From Craspedostauros australis (lineage: Eukaryota): a DNA stretch of 55,729 nucleotides. Within the stretch, counting starts at the first letter, position 1; every line of letters starts with the position of its first letter. Below, piece by piece: positions 39,085-49,888 of this stretch. The notes under the pieces were generated by a model, which was given only the letters and a program-made list of their open reading frames with translations, was not told the DNA's origin and did not search any database. The translations under genes and the position numbers were made by a program. The DNA is taken from assembly GCA_030167865.1 (NCBI GenBank), contig JALAGF010001111.1:1-55729 (forward strand). Direction: 5' to 3'.

Positions 39085-40830
39085 CTACTCATCACTCATG
39101 AATTCGCCGTCCTTGAAGTAGTCCCTGTGGATTGACTTTCGTGATGGCTTGTCGGCGCTGGGCTTCTCGAGGTCGGCATCTGCCATGGTATCCTCGTTCG
39201 CAGCTGCCTGATTGTCGTCGATGGACTTCTCGAGGTCGGCATCCGCCATGGCATCCTCGTTCCCTGCTGCCTCATTGTCGTCGATGGACTTCTCGGGGTC
39301 GGCATCCGACATGGTGTCCTCGTTCGCAGCTGCCTGGCTGTCGTCGCTTCCGTCGGATTCTGCGCCATCGTCTTGGGCGCCGTCTTCAGCATCTGAGCCT
39401 TGGGCATCGCTGTTGTCGGCGAAGGTGGTGGTTGCTTCCTCGGCTAAATCGCTGGAAGAAGATTCAGAGGGTGAGGATTCAGAGGAGGGATCAACCGAAA
39501 CGCCCTGTGCCTCCTCGGCGTCACCAGACTCGGAAGCTAGCTCGACCTCGTCTCTGGCCTGGATGCCGATGTCAAGGTTGATGTCGGGCTTGTATCCTGG
39601 ATCGTCGACGTTCGCCATCGGGATTTCGATGTCAGATTCCTCATCGACTTCGACGCGGTTGTAAGTACCCTTCGGGTTTCTGATCTCCTCTTCTGGCTCG
39701 TTGTCACTACCAACATCTTCATCTTCATTTTCATCAGATTCGTGGACGATGTTTGGTACATCGCGGTTGTACACCTTCTTTGCCCTTCCAGCCTGCGGGA
39801 GCGTCTCTTGGACTGGAGACGAGTCTCGCATGCTCAACCGATCACGTGCTGCCGCTGCACCTTGAAAGTACTTGTTGCCGTGTCTGTCGTAGGAGCCCCC
39901 CATACCTCCGCCGCTGGCGTCTTCGGCACCGGTCATGGACCCGGCCTCAGTCAAGACACGAGGATCGGGGTGCGTGTGCTCTCCCCTTGGGTTGCGCTTG
40001 GGGACGGAATGCTTGACTCGGTCCCTGGTCTTCATGGTGTGCTTCGCTCGGGACTCCAACATCGCCTCCTGGTCAGCGACGACAAAGTCCGTGGACCATG
40101 ACTTCCCTTCGACAGGGAACATCTCGTCAAGCAGACGGCTGTTGTCGCCCATGAGGAGGACGTACTGGATGGTCTCGATGGCGTCTTGGGGGCCCATGAA
40201 GTAGATCTCGAGGGCGACGGAACCTTGGTCGCTCTCCTTGTCGTTGCTGCCGTCGGTCTTGGAGACGTAACCGCCGTTCATGTACATGTCATATCCGGCA
40301 TTCCAGTGTCTTGAGGATGAGAACATGGGGGTGAGTCCGCTCCTCCACGGCACATTTGCGAGGAGAGCCTTGTTGTTCGTGCCACCGATGTGAACCGCAC
40401 GGATCGGTTCATCCAGCGTGCTGGCTTCTGCGGCGGCCTTGTGCATGCGCTCGAAGGCCGCATCGTCTTCCACGTTGACAGCCCAGCCGATGGCGAAGCG
40501 CGTTTCTCCCTCTGCCGCAGGGTCGTCAAAGTACAGGGCCACAGGCAAGGCCTCGGATCCATCCACGGAGCCGTACCGGGTTGCGGCGTCCTTCATCGAC
40601 TTGTCGCCATTCTCTGCTTGAAGAATGGCCTCCCTGGTCCCATCCAAGAGCTTGTGAAGCAAAGAATGGAACTCCTTTCCAAAGTCCTTGAAGGAGGCCG
40701 AAGCCACAATGACGGATAGAGCCGGGGCATCGACCTCGTGGAAATCCGCGCTATCAAACAATCCACATTGGAATGCAATTGCTGCAAGCAGCACGATGAA
40801 GATCGCAACACTGGCGAGGACACGTCGCAT
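39085..40830 (-). CDS. N-terminally anchored GyrI-like/TEX264-like protein with long acidic disordered tail (581 aa)
   Basis: N-terminal hydrophobic anchor (VLASVAIFIVLLAAIAFQCGLF), then PVALYFDDP..TRFAIGWAV and ALEIYF motifs typical of the GyrI-like domain of TEX264, then a D/E/S-rich C-terminus. The ORF is clear; the family call is by motif recognition only. Confidence 0.65.
   Translation of the reverse strand: MRRVLASVAIFIVLLAAIAFQCGLFDSADFHEVDAPALSVIVASASFKDFGKEFHSLLHKLLDGTREAILQAENGDKSMKDAATRYGSVDGSEALPVALYFDDPAAEGETRFAIGWAVNVEDDAAFERMHKAAAEASTLDEPIRAVHIGGTNNKALLANVPWRSGLTPMFSSSRHWNAGYDMYMNGGYVSKTDGSNDKESDQGSVALEIYFMGPQDAIETIQYVLLMGDNSRLLDEMFPVEGKSWSTDFVVADQEAMLESRAKHTMKTRDRVKHSVPKRNPRGEHTHPDPRVLTEAGSMTGAEDASGGGMGGSYDRHGNKYFQGAAAARDRLSMRDSSPVQETLPQAGRAKKVYNRDVPNIVHESDENEDEDVGSDNEPEEEIRNPKGTYNRVEVDEESDIEIPMANVDDPGYKPDINLDIGIQARDEVELASESGDAEEAQGVSVDPSSESSPSESSSSDLAEEATTTFADNSDAQGSDAEDGAQDDGAESDGSDDSQAAANEDTMSDADPEKSIDDNEAAGNEDAMADADLEKSIDDNQAAANEDTMADADLEKPSADKPSRKSIHRDYFKDGEFMSDE
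39163..39346 (-). repeat. Coding tandem repeat, 63-nt unit x ~2.9 (21-aa AANEDTMADADLEKSIDDNQA)
   Basis: CTTCTCG(A/G)GGTCGGCATC recurs at 39163, 39226 and 39289. Confidence 0.92.
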
Positions 40831-42247
40831 GGTCGTTTCGTTTCGATTTGCTTACGGGGTTGATCTGGAGAGGGGTGATAGCGCGTTGCGTTGCGTTGCG
40901 TTGTGCCGTGTGGAGTCGAGTTGAGTGTATGAGTGTATGAACGCACAGAGATCAGATCCGCAAGATCGTCGTCATGTTTTGTGCGTCAAACGAGGACAGT
41001 TGTTGGTTTGACAGACTGCATGGTAAGTACACATGGCAACTGCGTTGTCAGAGAACCCCAACACTCCAAACGGGTGCCTTCTTGCGCGTGCGCCAAATGC
41101 GTATCGTACTGTACAACAACGTGTAAAACCGAGAATGAGAAACAACGGGAGAGGTTTGGATTTGTTCCGTCATGGAGAGATTCGCACTTTCTTGGTGGCA
41201 TCATGGTGAAGAGTTCGGGTTCCGATTTGACTTTTTGAGGCCGCGGAATTCCACAACTCAGGTTCGCATTTCCCTGACAAGGTGCGATGCTGTCCTGGTG
41301 GCAGTTTCTAGCGCGCCAAGCTATCCGCGCTCGTGCGCTGTTCCAAGTCCAGCGAGATGTAGCCATGCCCCACTGGTGGAGAGAAGAAGGCACATGTAGG
41401 TACAGACCCTCAGTGGCGTCTATCTCAAATAGCCGAGAAAGAAGATGAAGTCAAGATTGCTCCTCTTCCGTCCCGTTGCTTCCAACTCTTCCGTTAATGC
41501 TCAGTCGCAGCTTGGTGCTTTGGCTCCAGCATGAAAGGATGGCTTGCTTTTCTGTTTCCATTCCTACAACCTTTGGTTAGGGTCAATGGGAAACGCACAT
41601 GCCTGCTGTGTCTATTGTGCCTACCATGTCTGCTATACCCAACATCAGTGTCACAACAGCGACCAAACCAACAACACCTGAAAAGTGCTTGTTTAGGGGG
41701 TGAAATGGTCTAACATTGGGGGGATTGTAGGCTTCTCCCCCATTATAGTTGCCCCCAAAGTACTCCCCAACAACTTGAGAAATCGAAGCCAGACGATGGC
41801 GACCGTGTTTGTCGGATTTTCGGTCCCAGGAAAGCCGCTGGAGAAGTGCGGAAACACCACAGGGCGACCACCAAGGAAGAAGGAGGGGCCAGCACAGCGA
41901 CCGTTCCGAGTGCTCGTGCGGGAGCCACAAACAAGCAAGAGTCATTGGGCACAAGGCAAAGAGGACGATATTCTTTCGTTGGCTGCCATACACACATCTG
42001 TGCATTGGAAACCTCAACGCTTCTTGGATTGATCGACGCCAACCGTAGCAACAACTTCCGTTGACTGTATCTGGAGAGTGAGCACAAAAAGGGAGATCGA
42101 CAACCACTTCTTCCTTCACACAACACAAGGCAACTCGGGATCGTTGCGAACCAGCATAGCATAGCATAGCAAAGCACAAGTGCATACCCATCGCTACACA
42201 TTCATCCATCCAAAGCAAGCCAACCGAGCAAACCAAAGCGCGACACG

Positions 42248-44319
42248 ATGTCTGCCAACGATGAACTCGTCTCCCAGTTCATCGCCTTCACGGGCTGCTC
42301 GGATCCAGAACGCGCGCAATCCTACTTGGAGATGAGCGGCGGCAACGTGGAGACCGCGGTGGGTCTGTACATGGAGCACCAGCCTGGCAGTGTCGGTGCC
42401 GCCGGTGCCGGTGGTGCCGCAGGCATGATGGAGGACGCCGTGCGTGCCCCCGATGCCACGCAGAGCATGCGATTGATGGACGATCATTCGGGTCATCATG
42501 GCATGTTCAACCAGATGATGGATCCGATGATTCAGCAGCAGCTGGCATCGAATGCGTTCGGCGAGACCTCGTTGTTTGGAAACGTCCGGGATGCCGTCAA
42601 TGCTGCGGCCGCCGCGGGCGATGACGACGACGATGACGACGATGACTCCGACCACAATGAAAATGACGACATGGACGATATGGTGCCCAAGGCGCCATCG
42701 GCAGCACGTTTGGCGGACATGTTCGCGGCACCCAAGCACCTGATCTTCGACGAAGGCGGCTTCGAGGGTGCACGCAACATGGCGCGCGACAACAAGCGTT
42801 GGTTGTTGGTCAATTTGCAACGTGACAACGAGTTTTCGTGCCATGCATTGAACCGCGATGTTTGGCGAGACGAGTTGGTGGAAAACCTCATCCGTGAAGG
42901 TTTCGTCTTTTGGCAATCTGTGAGTGTGGTCGCATAGTTGTCGATTTGTATCGGGCTTGTGTCGAGTGCGAAGCGGGTGTGAATCCGGTTTCCTACTGTC
43001 TTCATGGGTCTGCGTGGGCCTTGACGTCGTGGGAATCTTGCATGGATGGTTCGTGCCTCTTCGCATGACATCATGCCTTGGTTGGCACGCTCTTTTGACT
43101 CCCGTCATTCGTATCATGTGCTAGCACAAGTGCTCCCCCAGATACCATACGATGATGCAAAGCAGACGTGGCAGCCATTCGGTAACCGCTCTGCTCATTC
43201 ATGTTCATATTCATGGTCAGATTCTCACACAAAACGCACATACCATCTCCATCTTTTCTCCCACTTGCACTTGCACTGCCGCTCTTCACTCCTTCTTCTT
43301 CTCCTTCTTCGACACGGACCTACACAGATGGATATCTCACCCGACGGACAGGTGTATGCGCAGCGATACCACGTACATGATTTCCCGCACATCGCCATCA
43401 TCGATCCACGCACTCGACGGCTCCTGTGGAAAAAAGAGGGATGGACGCAGCAGAACCCCATGACTTCCGCATTGTTCGCGGAAACCGCAATGGACTTTTG
43501 CTCTCGCTATTCCTTCGACAAGCCACCAGCTGCACCGCGTCCACCAAAGAAATCGGTCCAGGACTTGCCCGAGGAGGACCAACTCCAGGCCGCCATGCGC
43601 GCAAGCTTGCAAGGAAATGCGGCTGCTGGTAACGACGACGACGACGACGATGATGACATGGATATGGAGGAAGACTACGAGTACAACGACGGCGACAGCG
43701 ATGTCGATGATGACAATGCGAATGCTGCAGACGAAGCGGCCGCAGCCGAGAACAGCGCGGAAACCGACTCCAAACCCAGCGCCACGGAGGAAGCCAAGCC
43801 AGCATCATTGATCGATGAATTGTTGAAGATGGATGTCCCCGATGAGCCAGCGTCTGGCGCGAGAATCCAGCTGCGGTTGCCGAATGGAAAGCGAGTGGTC
43901 CGAAAGTTCAATCCCTCCGATACCGTTCGTACAGTCTACCTCGTCTGCGTGGTAAGTTGTTGAAAAGGGAAAACATTGTCATGTGGAGACAACTGCGATG
44001 CTGTGACAGAGGCGCATATACACGCGCATTCCAAGAACCTGTGAGTGGTTATGAAACAAGCCCTTGCTCACACCTTCCACTCTGTTCTATTCGTACGACG
44101 ACATGCCCTCGTGCTCTCTCTCTTCCATTCCTTTTCTTCGAATTCAAACATTGATCAAACTGATTGGCCCATATGCAGCACTCCAACGAGGAGGCAAAGG
44201 GAGGCAAGGACTTCAAGCTCATGGCTGGATTTCCTCCAAAGGATCTGATTGACGACGTCGACGCCACAGTCGAGGCATGCAAGCTGTCGGGAGAAGTGAT
44301 AACAATGCGCTGGAAATAG
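42248..44319 (+). CDS. UBX-domain p97/Cdc48 adaptor, UBXN7/PUX7-like (UBA-UAS-UIM-UBX; 3 exons: 42248-42919, 43328-43951, 44179-44319; ~478 aa)
   Basis: UBA-like QFIAFTG..AQSYLEMSGGNVETAVGLY; UAS WLLVNLQ..EFSCHALNRDVW; UIM EEDQLQAAMRASL; UBX RIQLRLPNGKRVVRKF..FKLMAGFPPKDL. The third exon was read by hand after the ATGCAG acceptor. Confidence 0.92.
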
Positions 44320-44792
44320 CGGGCTGCTCTGCAACATTGATCACGTCTGCGCCACATGCGATCCCAAAGAGCAGCGAACACAACATTCATTGCGATTGCG
44401 TAGCTACGACCCGGAGTGTCACCTTGCAATCGCGCAAAGATCGACATCTTTCACATGAGATCAGTTATTCCTAACAGACGCACACACACTGTAGCCAACC
44501 GACAACCCAACGTCATGCACATTGACTGGCTCGTTCCAACAAACTATTGTACCATACTCGTTGCATAAGATTCTCGTGCTTCTTGACGAAGTTGCAGTGC
44601 AGAGTACATGATGTGATTCGTTTGTGTCTTTTTGAGTGGTATGTCTATTGTCGAGGAGTGTTGTTAGTCATCATCATCATCATCGTCGTTATCGAATGAA
44701 GGAACTGACCTGGATCACATCTCGTGAGTAACCTGCGTTCCCAACAGTGAATACGACATGATACGATGCGATACATGCCGGCGAGATCTTGC

Positions 44793-44963
44793 TCAATTTG
44801 TCTTGGCGATGGTCTGTGGTCCCTTCATGGTCTTGAACACAGTCTCACAACCCCAGTAAACACCGTAGATCACGACGGCATTGACAAAACCAGGAAGGGG
44901 CCTCTTCCAAAGTCCCTGGAACAGTGGGTGGCGTCGCCAAGCGTCTTGTCCTCTGAGCACCAT
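44793..44963 (-). CDS. NDUFB3: Mitochondrial complex I accessory subunit B12 (NDUFB3-like), 56 aa
   Basis: MVLRGQDAWRRHPLFQGLWKRPLPGFVNAVVIYGVYWGCE matches the plant/algal B12 pattern (D.WR.HP.....LPG + single TM helix). Confidence 0.78.
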   Translation of the reverse strand: MVLRGQDAWRRHPLFQGLWKRPLPGFVNAVVIYGVYWGCETVFKTMKGPQTIAKTN

Positions 44964-45610
44964 GATGGATGGATTCTTTGCTGCAATGTGATGCGATGTA
45001 ACAGAATGTTGGCGAGTTGGGTAGAATGAAAACGAGGAATGAAGGAGTGGGTGAGCGAATGTATCGATGCAAGTTTCATCCAACCAATACTCGATACATG
45101 CAACAGATTGGACACGTCCAGCCTTGCTTCTCCGCAGAGTACTCACACTATCTGTGTCTACGAACAACGTCGATGTTGATGTCGTTGTCCAGCTTCTTGA
45201 TTGTGTGGATGCCTCTTTGCTGTTCTGCCTCTTCTTGATGTTGTCTGGGAGTGTGGTGGTGCTTCGTTGTTTTGCTTGGTTGCTTGATCTCTCGGTTTTG
45301 CGCGTTGTTGGTTCGCGATCAATTTCTTGGTTTGTGTTTTGCTGTTTGGTGATGAATCGAACTAGTCATTGATTAGATTTTGTCTGTTGTGCAGGCCACT
45401 GCCTCTCAATCTCAATCCAACCAGCACGCTTCATCAGCGAGCAACCACATCCATCTATCCGTGCTTCCATGAAGATCATTCCAGCTTGATTAATCTACCA
45501 CACTCCACATAGTAGCATTCGCTCAGTTTTAATATGGAGTATAGTGGCAGACTATATTATCGTCGTCCTCCGTTCCTCCGTTCCTCCGCTGGTCAGTCGT
45601 TTCATGCTGT

Positions 45611-48600
45611 TTACAGGACGACCTTCTTGAGATCCGATGAGATGGACTTCACGACGGCTGCGTTGGTGGACTTGACATCCACCTTCACGGTGCCCTTCTT
45701 GATCTTGATCAGAACGCGGACCTGATCGATACCAGCGCTGCACGCGAATGTGCCAGCGTTTGGATCGCCCATGCCACCGTCAACGATCTCGGAGGCGTTC
45801 AAGAACTTGCCGAAGGCTGCCTTGGCAGCGGTCATCGGGAGCAACGACAACGTCGGCTCCACTTTGACCGTGTTTGATGTCCATCGCGATGCATCGGCAA
45901 GCTGAGTTGCGACGTCCTCCATAGACAGTCCAGCAACTGGATTCAGCTGGGCGGACATCGGCAGGGCCAGCTTGAACGGAACAGAGCTGCCCGCGACAAT
46001 GAGATCGCCCTTCACGTCCATCGAGGAGTTGATCTTGCTGTAAGTGAAGGGTCCCGTGCGTGCCGTCTCCGCAAATGCGCCAGGCGCAACGGCGCCCGTG
46101 GTTCCACCAATCATCACGGTGGCCCCGTCGTGCTTGAACTTCAAGGTAGGGTTGTTCAGGGCCGCTGCCTCCATGAAGTTCTGGACGCGGATATCGACGA
46201 GGACGCTGACGCCGCTGGTAGTCTTGCTGATTTCGGAAACGCGATACAGCAAGAGCACCTTGGCCCATTCGACGGTCGGCGATCCCGATGCCTGCGATGG
46301 CTTGACGCTCGCCTTCATCCATGGGGTTGCAACCGAACTTTCGGATTGTTGCATCGTTGGTGCGGCAACTGGCATACTCATTGCCGGAGCTGGTGCTGCC
46401 ATCGACATCATGGGATTGGCAGCGGGCGTGGAGGTCGGTAGGCCAAGCAGATCGTCGAAGGCATTGCCAATCGGGTTTGTGGAAGTCGCCACGGCAGGCG
46501 CGGGCATTGCCATGGAGGCTGGCGCAGGTGGCTGCACAGAGTTGGTGCTGACTGCTGGTGTTGGTGCCGGCGCCGTCATGTCGAATCCCAAATTCAGCAA
46601 GTCACCATCTTCCTGTTGCTGCGTGGCGGCAAGCTTTTTGCGTTCCTTCTTGGATTGCTTCTTCATCTTCTTGGCTTCCTTTTTGGCTTGCTTTTTCTCC
46701 TTCTTGGATTGTGCCGACGTGAGCGGGACTTCACGGTGCTTGCGTTCTGGCATGACTTCATCTTCACGCAGCGGACTCGTGATGTCGACCATGGACAAGC
46801 CCGAGAATTCCTTGCTCTGGCTGCTAGTGCGTGAGCGCATTCCACCGACTGCTCCAAGACCGAGATCGTCATCATCATCGTCGTCATCTTCGCTGTCATA
46901 GATCGCCATCGGTGCTGCTTGCGGAGGCGCGACGACTGGCGCAGGAGCCATCATCATCATCATCATCTCTTGCTTCTTCTTGTCCTTCTTCTTCTGCTTT
47001 TTGCTCTTCTTACTCTTCTTGTTGCCAGCCTCATCGTCGTCATCGTCATCGTCGCCTGCAAGCGCAATTGTTTTCAAACGATTCGGTGTCGTTGCTGATG
47101 CGGTCGACGATGGTACGGCGTTCATCGGCTCATCTGGTTTGGCGGTCAGATAGAAGGGATCCGAAGCTGATGCTGGTGCGTTCGTGTTACTGGTGGCGGT
47201 GCTCGGGGTGTACTGCTGCTGTTGTTGTTGGGACTGCGAGCCGAGCAGGTTTCCGTCCGCAACATCGGCGGACGACATAAAGTCCGAGGACACGGACGTG
47301 ATGACGGCTGCCTTGTGCACCGTCTTCTTGGTGAAGCTGATGGACTCCATCGCTTGGACTGGTGCTTCCTTCTCGGCCCGGATGAGATTTGAGAAGATGG
47401 ATTCGTTGACGGCGCCATCGACTTCGGAGCGTTGGAATCCGCTTGGATTTTGAAACTTTTTGCGTTGCGCCTTGCCGCTGATGGGCTTCATCGGTGCTGG
47501 TTTGAGCAACGTGTTCAGAACCTGGCTCACGGATCGGCAGCGTTGCGCCAAGCTACCGCCGGCATCGCCTCCGGCTCCAAAGATGCCTGCATTCGATTTA
47601 GCCGCAGCTGTCGTTGGCTTCGATGAGACCGCAGCCAGCGGATCCAGCATGCCGAGGAGATTGCCATCCATGGCATTCGCAAGCGCGTTATTACCGCTGC
47701 TGGCAGCACCAGCATCGTCGTCACTGTCATCATCGTCGCTGTCCGCTTTCGTCAGACCAGGTAGTTCATCGGTGAGGAGGTTGAAGGATCGCAGCATGAC
47801 GTACAAGGTCATGGCACGTTCCATGACTTCCGCATCGGTGCTGCGCGCAAAGACGGGAAGATGAAGGCTCAGAGTGTGCATGCATGCCTCCAATTCATCG
47901 TTGCTGGTTTGGGGGTTGGCCGTGGCTGCTGCGAAGATCTTGACGGATGCCTGGATGTAGATCTGCTGCGTCTTGGATTCCAGATCGGCCGATGGGTCTG
48001 TGATGGCCTGGATGATGGAATGGTACGGGCCCTCGCTGTCGTTGTTGTAGATGTACACGACGGAGCTGCCGTTGCTGATGGTCTGCGGGATGAGATCGGA
48101 GTATTCGCCCACGATCCATGCCAACGCTGACAGGATGGCAGGCATCATTCGATGTCCGCGGCCGTTGTCGGTGTCGACATTGCCAAGGAGATTGCCGTCG
48201 TCGTCGCTGCTCTCGTCGTTGTCACCGGCATCGTACTTCATGAGCAGCGTCTCCATGCTCCTTTGCAGAATGTACGGTCGGACTGGCAGCACGCGCAGAG
48301 CGACATTCTGAACCTGGTCACGGAACAGCGGCCCATGATCCTCCAAACCTCGAATCTGCCCCAACTGGAAGAGACGGTCGATGTACCACTGGAAGTCCTG
48401 GATGAGGGAGTACTTCTCGCTGCTGCACATTTCGACGATGCGCTTGGCCAGATCGAGCTTGTAGCTGCCCGTCGCCATCTCGACGTGCTGGAAGAGCTGC
48501 GACACGAGTCCCATCAAGTTCTTGCGAGACGCCATGCCGGGCAGCAAACTCAAGGCGCGCGAACGGATGGTGACATCATCATCGGACAGGCATTCCAAGA

Positions 48601-49639
48601 TGAGCGGACGGTAGTCGGGCGCCGACAGGACCTTGGGATGCGATTGCATGAGGCTGGCGAATCCCACCAGTCCCAGGTACTTGAGGTTCTGATCCTTGTC
48701 GGAAACGAAATCCTTGAGGGTGTTGGCGCAGAGCGTGACGATCTCCGGCGCGCTGGCGGGCATGGATCCGTCTGATTTGCGACAGTATGGCAGACAGAGC
48801 GTGATGGTGTGCACGGCCTCGTAGAGCAGGGACTTCGCCGGCGTGTTGCGCACGATGTTGGCCAGCGGCTCGAGCAGCTTGCGTGCCAAGCGCGGTTCTT
48901 CCGGAACGAGGCTGCCCAGGAGCTTGACGACCTTGATGAGCATCCAGTTGTTGCTGGAGGTGGTGAGGAGGCTGAAGAAGGCCGGCGCCAGATGCAGGTA
49001 GTTGCGTGGGTTCTTGTCGGAAAGTTCTGTGATGACGTTGACCGCGCAAGAGACCACGGCCGGGTTGGTGGAGTCCTCGAGGCATTGGTGGATGCGCGGG
49101 AAGGTGAGGCGCAGTCCCTGCGGGTACTTGACGAATAGCTTGAAGAGGCAGAGCAGCGCCTTCTTTCTGAGGTAGGCCTGCGAGTGGGCTGTGAGGGTGG
49201 TGATCTCCGGGAGCAGATCCTGGGCCAGCTCCTCGGTGACGATGTTGGCGACGCAGTTGATGGCCAGCCCCGTCTCGTAGACGCCGCTCATGTTGAGGGA
49301 GCCGTCGGCGCTGCGCAGAGCCTTCTTGAGGAGGTTGGTGGTGAGGAGGATGACGTCCGTGTCCTGCGTGAAGCCCTGGATGGCGGACAGGTAGCCGATG
49401 CGCTTGTGGGCGAAGCGCGGCGAGCTCATGACCTCGATGGTGGCGAAGTTGGCGTAGCTCATGCCGTAGCCCATCATCTGGAGGAAGGTGAGCTTCTGCA
49501 GCGCGTTGGCCTTCACGTGCATGTCGCTGGACTTGATTTCATTCTTGATCTCCGCGATGCACTGGCTGATGTACAGCGCCGTGTCGCGCTTTGAGGCACG
49601 GATGCCCTTCACCACGTCGGTCAGGCTCTTTTCGAACAT
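45611..49639 (-). CDS. AP3D1: AP-3 adaptor complex subunit delta (1342 aa, intronless)
   Basis: MFEKSLTDVVKGIR, EVMSSPRFAHKRIGYL, NNWMLIKVVKL, EPRLARKLLEPL, AKSLLYEA, DQNLKYLGL. Lys-rich/acidic hinge and C-terminal ear. Confidence 0.95.
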   Translation of the reverse strand: MFEKSLTDVVKGIRASKRDTALYISQCIAEIKNEIKSSDMHVKANALQKLTFLQMMGYGMSYANFATIEVMSSPRFAHKRIGYLSAIQGFTQDTDVILLTTNLLKKALRSADGSLNMSGVYETGLAINCVANIVTEELAQDLLPEITTLTAHSQAYLRKKALLCLFKLFVKYPQGLRLTFPRIHQCLEDSTNPAVVSCAVNVITELSDKNPRNYLHLAPAFFSLLTTSSNNWMLIKVVKLLGSLVPEEPRLARKLLEPLANIVRNTPAKSLLYEAVHTITLCLPYCRKSDGSMPASAPEIVTLCANTLKDFVSDKDQNLKYLGLVGFASLMQSHPKVLSAPDYRPLILECLSDDDVTIRSRALSLLPGMASRKNLMGLVSQLFQHVEMATGSYKLDLAKRIVEMCSSEKYSLIQDFQWYIDRLFQLGQIRGLEDHGPLFRDQVQNVALRVLPVRPYILQRSMETLLMKYDAGDNDESSDDDGNLLGNVDTDNGRGHRMMPAILSALAWIVGEYSDLIPQTISNGSSVVYIYNNDSEGPYHSIIQAITDPSADLESKTQQIYIQASVKIFAAATANPQTSNDELEACMHTLSLHLPVFARSTDAEVMERAMTLYVMLRSFNLLTDELPGLTKADSDDDDSDDDAGAASSGNNALANAMDGNLLGMLDPLAAVSSKPTTAAAKSNAGIFGAGGDAGGSLAQRCRSVSQVLNTLLKPAPMKPISGKAQRKKFQNPSGFQRSEVDGAVNESIFSNLIRAEKEAPVQAMESISFTKKTVHKAAVITSVSSDFMSSADVADGNLLGSQSQQQQQQYTPSTATSNTNAPASASDPFYLTAKPDEPMNAVPSSTASATTPNRLKTIALAGDDDDDDDEAGNKKSKKSKKQKKKDKKKQEMMMMMMAPAPVVAPPQAAPMAIYDSEDDDDDDDDLGLGAVGGMRSRTSSQSKEFSGLSMVDITSPLREDEVMPERKHREVPLTSAQSKKEKKQAKKEAKKMKKQSKKERKKLAATQQQEDGDLLNLGFDMTAPAPTPAVSTNSVQPPAPASMAMPAPAVATSTNPIGNAFDDLLGLPTSTPAANPMMSMAAPAPAMSMPVAAPTMQQSESSVATPWMKASVKPSQASGSPTVEWAKVLLLYRVSEISKTTSGVSVLVDIRVQNFMEAAALNNPTLKFKHDGATVMIGGTTGAVAPGAFAETARTGPFTYSKINSSMDVKGDLIVAGSSVPFKLALPMSAQLNPVAGLSMEDVATQLADASRWTSNTVKVEPTLSLLPMTAAKAAFGKFLNASEIVDGGMGDPNAGTFACSAGIDQVRVLIKIKKGTVKVDVKSTNAAVVKSISSDLKKVVL

Positions 49640-49854
49640 CCTGATGCTGCTGCTCCGACTGCTGTGCTATTGTGCTGTTGTTGCCGCGAGTGGGGCAGGG
49701 ACGAACGATTGTGACTACTCCAGAGTATGATCGTGCACCCTTTGTGATGTTTTGAGTACAGCACTGCCTTTGCTACTGCTTTTGCTACTGCCTTTGCTGT
49801 TGCTGTTGCGTTCACAGCTCTCAATGATCGTGTGCTTCGATCCTACCCGATCCT

Positions 49855-49888
49855 TGAGTGAGTGAGTGAGTGAGTGAGTGAGTGAGTG
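49855..49888. repeat. (TGAG)n tetranucleotide microsatellite upstream of AP-3 delta
   Basis: About 8 perfect TGAG units. Confidence 0.9.
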
